Of a stretch of 64,000 nt of DNA, positions 51,178 through 64,000 are shown piece by piece. Where the stretch lies: NCBI RefSeq assembly GCF_006345805.1, contig NC_043008.1, positions 34,162,001 through 34,226,000 on the forward strand. The letters run 5' to 3'. The DNA comes from Octopus sinensis (lineage: Eukaryota). The position numbers and the translations under genes are program-made. The notes under the pieces were generated by a model, which was not told where the DNA came from, searched no databases, and saw nothing but the letters and a program-made list of their open reading frames with translations. The number at the start of each line of letters is the position of its first letter. Positions within the stretch are counted from its first letter, which is position 1.

Positions 51178-51266
51178 GTATATATATATGTTTATTGTCT
51201 ACACCACCTGTCTTCGTCTTTTGTTTTTCTTTGTGTGAATTCTCCCTATATATATATATATATAAG

Positions 51267-51308
<42 letters not shown>

Positions 51309-52219
51309 TTTGTTTGTGTGTGTATCTTTGAGGCTTTGTCTCCCACTACTGCATGACAACCAGTGTTGGTTTGTTTACGTCCCCGTTATATAGCAGTTCG
51401 GCCAAAAAGACCGATATTCTAAGTACCAGACTTAAACAATTATCCGGGTCGATTCGTTCACATAAAGAAAAAATTCTTCAAGGTTCTACTCCAGCATGGC
51501 CGCAGTCTAATGGCCGGAACAAATAAAAAATAAAAGATATTGTGCAATCTCTGATATGTAGCCAGGTATCGGATTTGACTTTGGCTCTCATCAGTTTGTT
51601 GTCATTACAAATATCTGTTGAGCGCTTGCTTCATGCAGACAAGAAATCCTCTAAAAAAGAAACAAGATAATAAATAAACCGCAAACTCCGTGAAAATTGC
51701 GCAAGAGAAAGAGTTGTTATTATTGTTCTTGTTGTTTCTTCGTTGCCTCAGGTCATGAAGTCGTGACGTAGTCCACTTTAGACGATAACATCTAGTAGCA
51801 GCAACGTCTAGAATGTGCTCTGTATAGGGAAGGGATGGTACGGCGAAAGGAATATGGTGGTGATAGAGACGAGAAGAAAAAATGGGTGTGTGAGATAAAC
51901 AAGAGTACATTAAAGTGTGAAAGCTTCAAGATGCAGTTTGAAAAAATGGAGGTCATAAAGGTAATGAAGCTATATACAAAAGAAAAAAAAGCAAATGTTA
52001 AGAAGAAAATAAATCTTAGGGAAAAGGAAGTGGAAGGAAGGATGAATGGTGAAATACAAGCAATGAGACATGTCTGGGTCGATTTGAGCTGATCGATCTG
52101 GTAACAGGAAAAGGAGTTGTGAAATTTATGGGGACAGAAAGTAATTACGTCTCAGAATTTGCTTCGGAGAAAGTTTTCATCCTCGTGTAGTATTCATAGG
52201 GATTCTCGACAATATAATT

Positions 52220-52613
52220 GGTTTTAAATTTTGGCACAAGGCCAGCAATTTCGGTGATAGGGAAAGTCGTTTACATCGACCCCAGTCTTCAACTGGTACT
52301 TATTTTATCGGCTTCGAAAGGAGGAAAGACAAAGTCGATTCTGGCGGCATTTGAACTCTGGACATAAAGATGGATGAAATACCTATTTCTTTACTACCGA
52401 CAAGGGGCTAAACACAGAGAAGACAAACAAGGACAGACAAACGGATTAAGTCGATTATATAGACCGCAGTGAGTAACTGGTACTTATTTAATCGACCCCG
52501 AAAGGATGAAAGGCAAAGTCGACCTCGGCGGAGTTTGAACTCAGAACGTAGCGGCAGACGGAATACCGCGAAGCATTTCGCCCGGCGTACTAACGACTCT
52601 GCCAGGTTGCCGC
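52220..52613 (-). mobile_element. Long-tail family A SINE nested in an older family A SINE
   Basis: Junction at 52384|52383 reads AAAGAAATA|GGTATTTCATC on the minus strand. Confidence 0.85.
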
Positions 52614-52719
52614 ATTTATCCTTTTAAACAACCTCAATAAACAACGAGCCGAAAGATATAAGGAAGACCTCGATAATTCTAGCCACTTTCTAATAAGCAC
52701 ATTGTACTTTTGCTCAATG

Positions 52720-53345
52720 ATTTGAACTTGTAACAGTGCCACCTTGTATATTAAAATTGACTACGAAAGACGCTAATGAAAGCCGAACTGTAGGCACCAT
52801 ATTTTATACTTCTCTGGTAGCTTTGAACCATCAATTACTGTCAGTTCATCCTCGGCTTGTTTCACAATCTGCATCCCGCAACTCCTATCTGACAATGTTC
52901 CTGCATATTCTTTTTCCTGCTGTTTTAAATTTTGCTTGTTTTTGCACTCCCCTAATAAATGACGGACTACACGACCTTTTTGCTCTGAATCGCATCTTTA
53001 ACCACTTTGTCAGCTTGTCTAGCCCCTGGAGGGCCCTCTGCAAGATTTGTTGGTCTATCGACAGAAATGTCAGGTCGTCCATGAAGGCCTTCTTAGGTGA
53101 TTGCATATGGGTTATTTGTTATGAAAAATATGTCTCTTTCAAAACCCTCTCCGTGACTTAGGATAAACCACCAATTTCTTGGTGGTGCCAATCCGTTGTC
53201 AAGTTACCAGCTGTAAACCTCATCCCGAAACTGACATAATATATCCTCGCTAATTTTGTTACATTCTCCGGAATGTAGAAATGATCCATGGCTCTCACTG
53301 GCAATTCATGCGGCACTGATTAAGCTATACCACTTTCAATCAACT
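52720..53345 (-). mobile_element. R2-superfamily (Hero-like) RT fragment
   Basis: SVPHEL..AMDHFYIP..FGMRFT..TTDW; KAFMDDLTFL; KWLKMRFRAKRS. Confidence 0.7.
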
Positions 53346-53630
53346 TTATTTAGAAGTCGTAAGAGCCTTACCATTTAGCAATCAATTGCTGGAAAGATCA
53401 GATGAATTTTACGTCCGTAAAATACCCAGTAATCCAAATCTTACACTTATCAACACAAATACGTATTCCCTAAAAGTAAATGCAGAGTGTTTTTTTCTTT
53501 CGTTTGTTCACCGATTTGTGTGTACGTGTGTATGTTTGTGTATGTATGTGTGTGTGTGTGTATGCGTGTGCATGCGTATATATGTATGTATGTATGTGTG
53601 TATGCATTCAGGCGTGCAAGCATATATTAT

Positions 53631-53673
<43 letters not shown>

Positions 53674-53902
53674 CGGACATTAAAGTAAATTTTGAATGCA
53701 GTATATCTGTGAAAACAGCCGAAGGAAAGATTGGATATCTCCCTCTTAGAAGACAGAAAACGTTGTCTACTGGCAACTCTCCCGGTGCTACTAAAGTTTG
53801 CTTGCAATATAATATACTCACATTCTTACATTCTTACATGCATGCATGCATGCATACATACATACATGCATACATACATACATACATACATACATACATA
53901 CA

Positions 53903-53933
<31 letters not shown>

Positions 53934-54191
53934 CGTTGTTATTACGTTAAACTTATGTCCAAATTTGGTCAAATGGGTTTCTTTTCAATTTTTATTTTTG
54001 CTTGCAATAGTTGGTTCTTTTGGTCAAACTATCACATCTCCAGCTGCTTCAGATGTCAAGAAATGAAAATTGTCAAAATGTAGTACAATGGTTTTGCTAT
54101 GGAATGGTGAAACAATTTTTTCGTTTTCTGAAAAAAGCAACGTTTTGGACTTGCGGCACCTTTGCATAACAGCAACGATGTATATGTACAT

Positions 54192-54226
<35 letters not shown>

Positions 54227-54464
54227 ACACACACCACACACACACACACACACACATATATATACATATATATACATATATATATATATATATTTATTGA
54301 TAAAAATGGTTAGAAAACAAAAGAGATGTCGGCGTGGTTTTCCACCTCGGCATCCGAAACGCGGAGTTTATCATGGCTACCGAATAATTGTCACATATTA
54401 CATTTACAGATATATATATATATATATATACATATATAATATATTATATATATAATATATATAT

Positions 54465-54505
<41 letters not shown>

Positions 54506-54549
54506 CACACACACATATATATATATATATTATATATATATATATATAT

Positions 54550-54580
<31 letters not shown>

Positions 54581-55104
54581 CACTTATATATATATACGCG
54601 CACACACATCAATGTTGACATTCAAGGGTTTATATAATTTCAGTGATCGTTGCTTTATACTATACAACTTGGTATGTTTCCCTGCTCTTATATCTCTATT
54701 AGATAAACAAAGATCGCATTGTTTCGTCAATTTCATTTCAGCTCTATTTTCTAATCTGTCATGTTACCAACAGGATTTTGTCCTTCTAATCTCTAGATAT
54801 TTTTCGTTTTTTTTTTTTTTTGACCCAATTGTATCGTGTTTTCTGCTCAGACGTTTTCAAACTATTTGTTTGTTTTTTAAGTGATGGAACAATAAGTAAA
54901 ATAGATACCAAATGTTTTTTTCTTCTCTATATCATGTTTCCAAAAACACGTTGCCTTGGTGTGTGTGTGTGTGTTTCACGTAAATAAAATCTCTACTCAT
55001 GGCGAGGAAACAATACTTTGCTCTTTAAGAGGTTTTAAATTCGAGCGTAAGTGGAGGTTCACTTTAACTTTATGCAGGAATACAATGCTAGATTCGCCGA
55101 CAAA

Positions 55105-55278
55105 ATAGGCGCAGGCGTGGCTGTGTGACAAGAAGCTTATTTCGCAACCACATAGTTACGGGTTCAGTCCCACTGAGTGGCACCTTGGGCAAGTGTCTTC
55201 TACTATAGACTTGAGCCGATCAAAGACTAGTGAGTGGATTTGGTAGACGGAAACTGAAAGAAGCCCGTCGTATATATG

Positions 55279-55333
<55 letters not shown>

Positions 55334-55621
55334 ATATATATATATATATAAACGATCAACGTCACCCTTTTCAAACCTAGCCAGGCTCATGGGCCCGGTT
55401 TCCCGGTTTCTGTGGTGTATGTGCCCCCCTCCCCCCAGCTGAACGAGACGCCAATCCATCGCAGCGTTACTCAAGAAACAGGAAGAGAGAGTCCCCGCCG
55501 GACCTTTTAGGTGTTTTCGCTCAATAAACACACACAACGCCCGGTCTGGGAATCGAAACCGCGATCCTCCGACCGCGAGTCCGCTGCCCACCATTGCCCA
55601 CTGGGCCACCATTGCGCCTCC
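55105..55621. mobile_element. SINE B head (+ 55105-55272) and family C SINE (- 55360-55621)
   Basis: tRNA boxes; tail shared with 41700-41790. Confidence 0.8.
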
Positions 55622-55691
<70 letters not shown>

Positions 55692-56537
55692 GAAATTAAA
55701 TATAAATTACAAAATGGGACAAGAACGCAAAAACACACAAAGAGATGACACAAAAAAAAAACAGACGGGTCATTCGAAGCCTCTAATCTTCAGTCGGGAA
55801 CCGGATCATTTTAGCAATTTCGGGAGGTATATGTATGTGCATGTGTGTGTTTGTGCTTGTTCCCCGCCATTGCTTGACAACCAATGTTGGGCTATTTACA
55901 TTCACGTAACTTAGCTGTTCAGCAAAATAGTCCGATACAATAAGTACCAGGCTTTTCTTTTAAACTATTCATTTAAACTAAATTAAATAAACGAGGTCAA
56001 ATCATTTAAACAAAAACTCTTCAAGGCATTGCCCCAGCATACCCGCAGTCTACTGACTGAAACAAGTAAATGATAAATTAACTGAAATTGTCTTACTAAA
56101 AACAAATAAAATATTAGATAAATTAATAAACAATATAAAAGTAAATTATTACCATACCATACAGAGATATTGAAGGAACGCAAAATAAACTATTTCCACA
56201 TATTTTGTTTATCTGAAAACAATTTTACGTTCGTAATAGTCGGCAAGACTTACGAAACATTAGATATGTTAGTAGAACAAGGAACACCCAGTCAAGCAAT
56301 ATTAGTGAATGACATTATTTTATACTTCATCGTAAAGTTAGACAATGCAAATACAAATGTAGTTAGATATAGAAAAACGCAAAATGGGCTGTGAAATTAT
56401 ATGAAGACAGAGAAACGAAGTTTTACGCACTGTAGAAGTGCTTATTATTCGAAACCTCGTCAGGCCAGTAACGGATGAAGGTCAGGATATATAATGTGAT
56501 TGTGGACTATGTTTCAGCCTATCGCTGTTCTGGTATA

Positions 56538-57807
56538 CGAGGGGCGTTCAATAAGTAATGCCCCTGACCCACTTGCAGTTATTTGATCTAGCTGAAATTT
56601 TGCATGTGCACTTATTTATACGTCTATAGATTAAGTGGTGAATTACAGCCCTGAACTAATTGTGGTTGCTGATTTACAGGTGTTTGAACTGAGTCAAGTG
56701 TGAAATGGAGCCTGCTGAGTGTCGAGCAGTAATCTGGTTTTTGTATTTGAAAGGACGCACACCACGGGAGACTTTTGATGAAATGAAAGTAACTTATGGT
56801 GATGATGCCCCATCATATGACCTTGTAAAACGCTGGCATTGTGAATTCAAACATAGCCGGAACTCTGTGGAAACAGCTCCCAGATCTGGTCGCCCCCTTC
56901 TGCCGTTGATGAGACGTCTGTCCGTCAAGTTGAGGCTGCCATTTTGGAAGGTCAACGCATAACTATTCGCCAAATAGCCCATAAGGTCAAGATTAGTACC
57001 GGGTCAGTGGAAACTATCATTCATGACCATTTGCATATGCAAAAGGTGTCTGCCAGATGGATTTCCAGGTTGCTCACACCTTTCCAGAAGCAAGAACGCG
57101 TTGAGTGCTCGAGGATGAATTTGGAGATGTGCCAAGAAGATGAGTCAAAATTTTTCAAAAGACTGATCACACAGGATAAAACCTGGGTCCATCACTATGA
57201 TCCATAGACCAAAGCCCAGTCAATGCAGTGAAAGCACCGTGACTCACCTCCTCCAAAGAAGGCAAGGGTGCAGCCCTCCGCTGACAAGGTTATGCTCACA
57301 GTCTTCTGGGACCAGGACGGAGTAGTGATGACAGATTTCCTGGCAAAGGGCACCACAATTACAGGAGCCTATTATGCTTCACTTTTGAGGAAATTAAGAG
57401 AAGCTATCAAAATCAAGAGGCGGGGCAAGATCAGCAAAGGCATCCTCCTCCTGCAGGACAACGCTCCGGTCCACAACTCGCGTGTCGCCAGATCAGAAGC
57501 ACAGGCGTGCAGCTATGAACTCCTTCCCTTGCACCCTCTGATTTTCACCTCTTACCAGCCATGAAGTTGATTTTGAAAGGAAAGCGTTTCCCAGATGATG
57601 CAGCCTTGATTTCTGAAGTCACGTCGTGGTTGGAGGACCAAGCTGGGGTCTTCTACAAAAACGGTCTCCAGAGCTGTATCAAACGATGGGAGAAATGCAT
57701 AACTCTGGGTAGTTCCTATGCAGGAAAAGACTAATAACTGTGCCAACTGTCGTTGCTCTACTGCTATGGGAAATGGGTCAGGGGCATTACTTATTGAACG
57801 CCCCTCG
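56538..57807 (+). mobile_element. Full-length mariner (irritans/Himar1-like), 1270 bp; transposase 56705-57734 disrupted
   Basis: Perfect 34-bp TIRs and TA TSD; HLHMQKVSARWI, ITQDKTWVHHYDP, LQDNAPVH; stops, frameshifts and loss of YSPDL. Confidence 0.95.
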
Positions 57808-58288
57808 TATCTGTATAGTATCGTGATCAAATGGAAAATTCCATGCAGTTTCGCACCAAATCATGGTTATAAACTGACATGTGCGGGATATACATCCGCA
57901 GACGTTTTCATGGTAAATCGTCAATAATGCCGCTCTGACCTCGTGTAAAAAGATCTCCTCTTGCCAAGCATACATTATGACTTCTCCCCAAGCTTACATT
58001 ACCACACACTAGCTACTGGTATTCAGTGTAATAGCTTATGATAAGTAACATCGGCAGTATCAATCAGTAAATAAACAGGTTACTAAAATCGTAATATTGT
58101 ACTTGGTTTTACATGGGAGCAACACACGCGAAGAATAAATAAGATAGCTCTCAGCTAACCAAATCCACGACACTGTACGCGCAGATAACTTCCATCGGTT
58201 ATATATATTGTATGGTGCATGCGTTAATAGACACTAAATATCTATGTTAGATGTGCTAATATACATAGTGTGTATATATACTATATAC

Positions 58289-58695
58289 ATAGGCGCAGGA
58301 GTGGCTGTGTGGTAAGTAGCTTGTCTACCACCCACATGGTTCCGGGTTCAGTCCCACTGCGTGGCACCTTGGGCGCGTGTCTTCTGCTATAGCCTCGAGC
58401 TGACCAAAGCCTTGTGAGTGGATTTGGTAGACGGAAACTGAAAGAAGCCTGTCGTATGTATGTAAATATATGTGTATGTATGTGTGTGTGTTTGTGTGTC
58501 TGTGTTTGTCCCTCTAGCATTGCTTGACAACCGATGCTGGTGTGTTTATGTCCCCGTTACTTAGCGGTTCGGCAAAAGAGACCGATAGAATAGAGTACTG
58601 GGCTTACAAAAAGAATAAGTCCCGGGGTCGAGTTGCTCGATTAAAGGCGGTGCTCCAACATGGCCGCAGTCAAATGACTGAAACAAGTAAAAGAG
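58289..58695 (+). mobile_element. SINE family B, near full length
   Basis: Head, CORE-like body, microsatellite and tail. Confidence 0.88.
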
Positions 58696-58829
58696 TATGT
58701 ACATACATACATACACGTATACAGATAGATGCCACATGTTCTTTTTAGAATTATTGGTATCCTTCTTATATCATATAAGCTGGGGATCATCGCAACTCTT
58801 AATATCATTCCTTTATCAATAAAACATAG

Positions 58830-59200
58830 TCTCAGTCTTAGGTTCTCCTGCGCCGTATGGCGCATTGGGCGGCAAGGCGTCTCCAACGTGGTCGGTCGGC
58901 CTCGGCGATTTCAGCTTTGCGGTCATTGATGAAAGCGCAGCGCCAAGTCACTTTTGGTTGCCCTTATTTTCTCTTGCCATGCGATGGCTTCCACAGAATG
59001 GTGGTTTTTGCATGCCGCGACGATAGTAATCGGAAGACATGGCCTACGAATCGCAAGCGACACTCAGTGACAACGTCATGGAGTAGACGGTATCAGTTCG
59101 GCAATGTATCTCGTCGTTTGTGATGTGGTCCTGGTATGATATTCGCAATATCCACCGGATGCATCGTAGCTGAAATACATTGAGCATTCGATTTTTTTGT
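58830..59200 (-). mobile_element. RTE-clade LINE 3' fragment
   Basis: LNVFQLRCIRWILRISYQDHITN..RLRFVGHVFRL..GQPKVTWR. Confidence 0.8.
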
Positions 59201-59309
59201 CAACCCAAATTCTGCACGTTATTATTTATAGCTTTATCTACTTCGAATTATTCCCTCGTAAGAAACTAAAACTATTTATTAATACCACCCTCATGCAATA
59301 TATGTGTAC

Positions 59310-59386
<77 letters not shown>

Positions 59387-60135
59387 CGTACGTGTGTGTA
59401 TGTGGGTGTGTGGAGTGGTCTTCCGCACAGTTTCAATCGATCGAATTTCACTCCAAAGGCATTGAGTGACTGGGTGATAGAAAACAAAGCAAGACATTTG
59501 CCGAAGATGTTTCACAGCTGGATAAAACTAGACAAAATGTAGTCTCAAAACAAACTCCAAAACCTCACTGCCATGCAGACATATTTTCTAACAAATTTTA
59601 TATTGTCTCTAATAAAAAGAAATATGTGAAACATTAGCCATAAAGAAACCGATTTTTAGGGTCATTAACAACTTGAAGGCGTTTTCAATGAGTTCGCAAA
59701 TTTATGTTTATTACTCCTCGTTTCGGGAAAAGAAAAGTAGGAGAAAAGAAAACCAAAACCTTGATAGTAAATTGGTGCATTATGACATCTCATTTCTTAA
59801 CTATACATCATTAAATTATTCCTATTAATACCCATTCGACCCACTTTTTCCTACATTTGATAAACAGAGGGAAGTGTTGACCAGGTCGTAGAAGTAGGAC
59901 ATAAAACTTAGACATCTAATAATGATAACAATAATCCTTTCTACAAGAACTGGCACAAGAACTGACATTTGAGGGAAGGGGGGGATAGTTGATTACATCG
60001 ACTCCAGTGTTTCACTGGTACTTAATCTATCAACCCCGAGAGGATGAAAGGCAAAGTCAACTCAAAACATAGCGACGGGCGAAATACTGCTAGGCATTTC
60101 GTCCAGCGTGCTAAATGATTCTGCCAGCTCGCCGC

Positions 60136-60655
<520 letters not shown>

Positions 60656-60664
60656 TAATAATTA

Positions 60665-61071
60665 CCCTGATGCAGTACCAGGCACTGGCTCTCATTACTC
60701 CTGATCTTAACTGATTAGAAGTGTTATCATGTAAATGTTTTGTCTTGGTGTAAAAGATGGGCTACAGCTAATATTCTGCTCAATACCACAGATTTGCTTG
60801 TCAGATGTTTGACCTTAAGCAATTGAGCATGTTCCTTGGTGGCTGACGATATCTGCATCTCTGATCACAAGCAGAAGTAGTGGGGGAGCATCATACCCAT
60901 GTGTGGAGAGGAATTGTTTAAGGTGTGAATAATTCACCTCTGGAAACATGGGTGTTTCGTTCAACATCGTTAAAGAACCCTTATTCAGGGAGATTTTGAG
61001 CGGGGTTAAGAAAATCTTAACTTGGTCCCACTTACAAGGTCACTTTGATGGCATGCACTGCTCTCTCGTTC
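60665..61071 (-). mobile_element. (TAA)n-associated unclassified repeat
   Basis: Homologous to 4094-4406. Confidence 0.8.
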
Positions 61072-61320
61072 AATAATAATAATAATAATAATAATGGTTT
61101 CAAATTTTTCTACAAGGGCAGCAATTTTAGGGGTGGGAATGAGTGGATTACATCGACCCGTGTCCAACTGGTACTTATTTTATCGACTCCGGAAGGATGG
61201 AAGGCAGAATCGACCTCGGTGGAATTAGAGAGAACTCAGAACGTGATGACAGCCAAAATACCGCGAAACAACGTTTCGCCCGGCATGCTAAAGATTCTGC
61301 CGGCTCGCGGTCTTAATGAC

Positions 61321-61392
<72 letters not shown>

Positions 61393-61398
61393 ATAATG

Positions 61399-61988
61399 AT
61401 TTCTTTTATTTACCACCAGGGCGACGGATGAGGAGTACACCACAAAGACGGGCTTAAAGTGTGTGGGGTTACATATAATAAAATGATAAAAGAAAAGGTA
61501 TACAATAAAACAAAGAAAAGAAGTACGCATAATATACAATAGTAAAAGGAAAGAATATGGGGGGGAAAAGATGATATGGATGTGGTCTTCCTGATACAGG
61601 AGGAACTCTATGGATAATCGAGGAACTCCACCATCTAAGATCTCCCTAAACACCAAGGGCAAGTGTCCTCTCCAATTACTTTTCACCAACTCACAGGTCT
61701 ACATTTAGAGTGGTGCCGTCCACTCTTGCCTTTTTCGCAAATTTCACCCACGTCTGAATAAATTTACTAGAAGATAGCACCGTCATTTCTACCCTTAATT
61801 TGGTAGGGTAGAAAAAGTCGACAAGGTCTCTGCCAAAGGGGAATATCTCTGTCCTCACACCTTTCAAACTCGTCCACCAGACAATCTCTTTCGCCACGGC
61901 CACCAGGCAGAGGAAACGCGGCTAATAGACTGATCCGTCCCACACGTAACAGCAGCTGTTCGACATAACTCCACGAGTACCTGGGACA
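61399..61988 (-). mobile_element. Third Tx1-like LINE 3' fragment
   Basis: YVEQLLLRVG..AVAKEIVWWTSLKG..RVEMTVLSSSKFIQTWVK; ends GCCCTGGTGGTAAATAAAAGAAAT. Confidence 0.75.
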
Positions 61989-62025
<37 letters not shown>

Positions 62026-62441
62026 GGTTGGGGTTTGGCTCAGGTTTGGTCTTATTCCTGGTCGAATTTATGTGGGTAACGGATTATTTCCTGTAACCTT
62101 AGATATCTACAAGTTTTCGGCAGTTTTTCAACTGCTTACACCGCCCCGCTGATAATCCTTGCTGTCTCTTAGAGAGAAACTTTCTGTAGGAGCTCTACGG
62201 GGCATTCTATTTCAATCTCCTTCAGCCATTTGTCTACATCTTGGCTTACTGTTCCCAACGCACCAACTATTATAGGCACGACCTTTACTGTTCGCATGTT
62301 CCAAATTCTTCCTATTTCAAACTTTAAGGGATTGTATTTTCTTTGTTTTTCTTCCCCTTTCTTTATGAATCAAATGGGCATGATGGGTCAATTAGTAAGC
62401 AACTTGGCTTTTCCATATCTATGATTGTAATATCTGGCCTA
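62026..62441 (-). mobile_element. R4/Dong-like 3' fragment followed by (TAA)n
   Basis: RPDITIID..CLLIDPSCPFD..KFEIGRIW..PIIVGALGTVS. Confidence 0.8.
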
Positions 62442-62443
62442 TT

Positions 62444-62875
62444 AGAGCAGTGCATGCCGTCAAAGTGACACTGGGGTAAAATATACGAAGCCCAGTATAC
62501 CCATCATGACTACCCGTCTGATAAGAGTACACCAGGCACATGCATCACAACCATATATGCGCGACATGGTGATCTCATATCAAGATAAACAGCACATGAC
62601 CTTGCAGGTGGGGCCCAGTTAGAATTTTCTTCTGGTCGAGTAACCCATCCCGCTCAAAAGGTCCTTAAATAAGGATTGTTTAAGGATGTTGAATGAACCA
62701 CCCAAGTTTCCAAAGGTGAATTGTTCAAACCTCTAAGAATTCCTTTCAACACACTGCTATGATGCTCCCCCACTATGATGCTCATGATTAGAGATGCACA
62801 TATCGTCAGCCACTAAGGGACATGCTCAGCTGGTTAAGGTCAAACAACTAACAAGCAAATCTATGGTATTGAGCA
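62444..62875 (+). mobile_element. (TAA)n-associated unclassified repeat
   Basis: Homologous to 4094-4406. Confidence 0.8.
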
Positions 62876-63118
62876 ATTATTATTGTTGTTGTTGTTGTTA
62901 TTATTGTTGTTACTAACGCAGCGAGCTGGCAGAATAGTTAGTACGCCGGATAAAATGCTTAGCGGTATTTCGCCCGTCGCTACGTTCTGAGTCCAAATTC
63001 CGCCGAGGTCGACTTTGCCTTTCATCTTTTCAGGGTCGATAAAATAAGTACCAGTTGAATACTGGGGTTGATGAAATCGACTCATCTCCACCTCCTCCAA
63101 GCTTCCCTTGTGGCAAAA

Positions 63119-63193
<75 letters not shown>

Positions 63194-63194
<1 letters not shown>

Positions 63195-64000
63195 TATGTT
63201 TGACTTTTGCTTTACATTTGCACAAGCTGGCTCCAAGTCTCACCCAGAGACCTCATGAAACAACAAGTTGGAAGTTCGTGCTGGTGTTATGCCTAGTGTG
63301 CCATATATTTGGTTTTGTACTTAGTGTTGTACTAGTGAATGGCTAAAAAAACATACGAAAATTATGTTTGTTTTAAAACTTGAGATTACATAGAAAGTAT
63401 TTTGTGTAGGATATGAGCAGTTCCCATGAGCACTATCTTTTGAATTTCTGCCATTTTGGGGTTTCCTGGTATCTGAACTAGGTAGCAATCATCCCCTTTT
63501 GCTATCATTACCAGGGCATCTATGACAACAGGTATTGTTTTAGTCTTCAGGTTCCACATTTTGCTGATTTCTATTTCCAGATCCTTATATTTGCTCAGTT
63601 TCTGGTAGGTCTTGATAGATACGTTTATATCGATTGGGACAGTCATATCAATGAGGAGGCATGTTTTTTGTCTGAAGTCTTTTACTATGATGTCTAGCCT
63701 ATTCGCATCTATCTTTCTGTCAGTTTGAATGGTGAAGTTCCAGAGGAGTGAGATGTGGTCATTTTCAAGCACTGGAGGTGGTTTGTGTTCCCACCAGTTT
63801 TTATCATGGGGCAAGTCCAGGCTTTTGCAAATTACCCAGTGAATATATTGTGCAGCTCTATCATGCCTGTTGAGATACTCTTTAGGCGCAAGAAGACTGC
63901 ACTTGGAGATAACATGATCAATAGTTTCATTTTATTGTTGACATACACGACATGTTAGGCTACTGCCGTTCTTTAATATGTTGACCTGGTAGTTCCTTGT
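63194..64000 (-). mobile_element. R4/Dong-like LINE (CCHC finger + RHD + restriction-like endonuclease), runs off the window
   Basis: CRVCQQ*NETIDHVISKC, RHDRAAQYIHW, LWNFTIQTDRKIDANRLDII, LIDMTVP, KLSKYKDL; (TAA)n immediately 3'. Confidence 0.9.

Noticed and set aside
51600-51830. Strong acceptor-like tracts on both strands
   Set aside because: All frames close quickly and no donor is evident.
56254-56320. Signal-peptide-like minus-strand stretch before GTAAGT
   Set aside because: No in-frame ATG without invoking a frameshift.

Overview
Eukaryotic, AT- and microsatellite-rich DNA with no recognisable intact host gene. The SINE families match what I recall of octopus (coleoid cephalopod) genomes; this assignment is from memory, not a search. 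Almost all listed ORFs are microsatellite artefacts or transposon remnants. The window holds three tRNA-type SINE families and degenerate LINE fragments (L1/Tx1-like, RTE, CR1-like, R4/Dong-like, Hero-like). It also holds Penelope-like elements, several hammerhead-ribozyme (HHR) motifs, Tc1/mariner elements (two full length), hAT MITEs and Helitrons. Most interesting signal: a possible Tx1-driven retro-system. A long-tailed SINE variant ends in a 35-nt tail about 80% identical to the Tx1-like LINE 3' end, and 3 of its 5 copies sit at the same position (GGTATTTCRTC) inside older copies of their own SINE family. A 2-kb ORF1-only element carries a related tail. Second signal: at least five HHR families, including U3-A8 and U4C core variants. 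Two possibly paralogous minus-strand exons encoding YDxL motifs are the only hint of a host gene.
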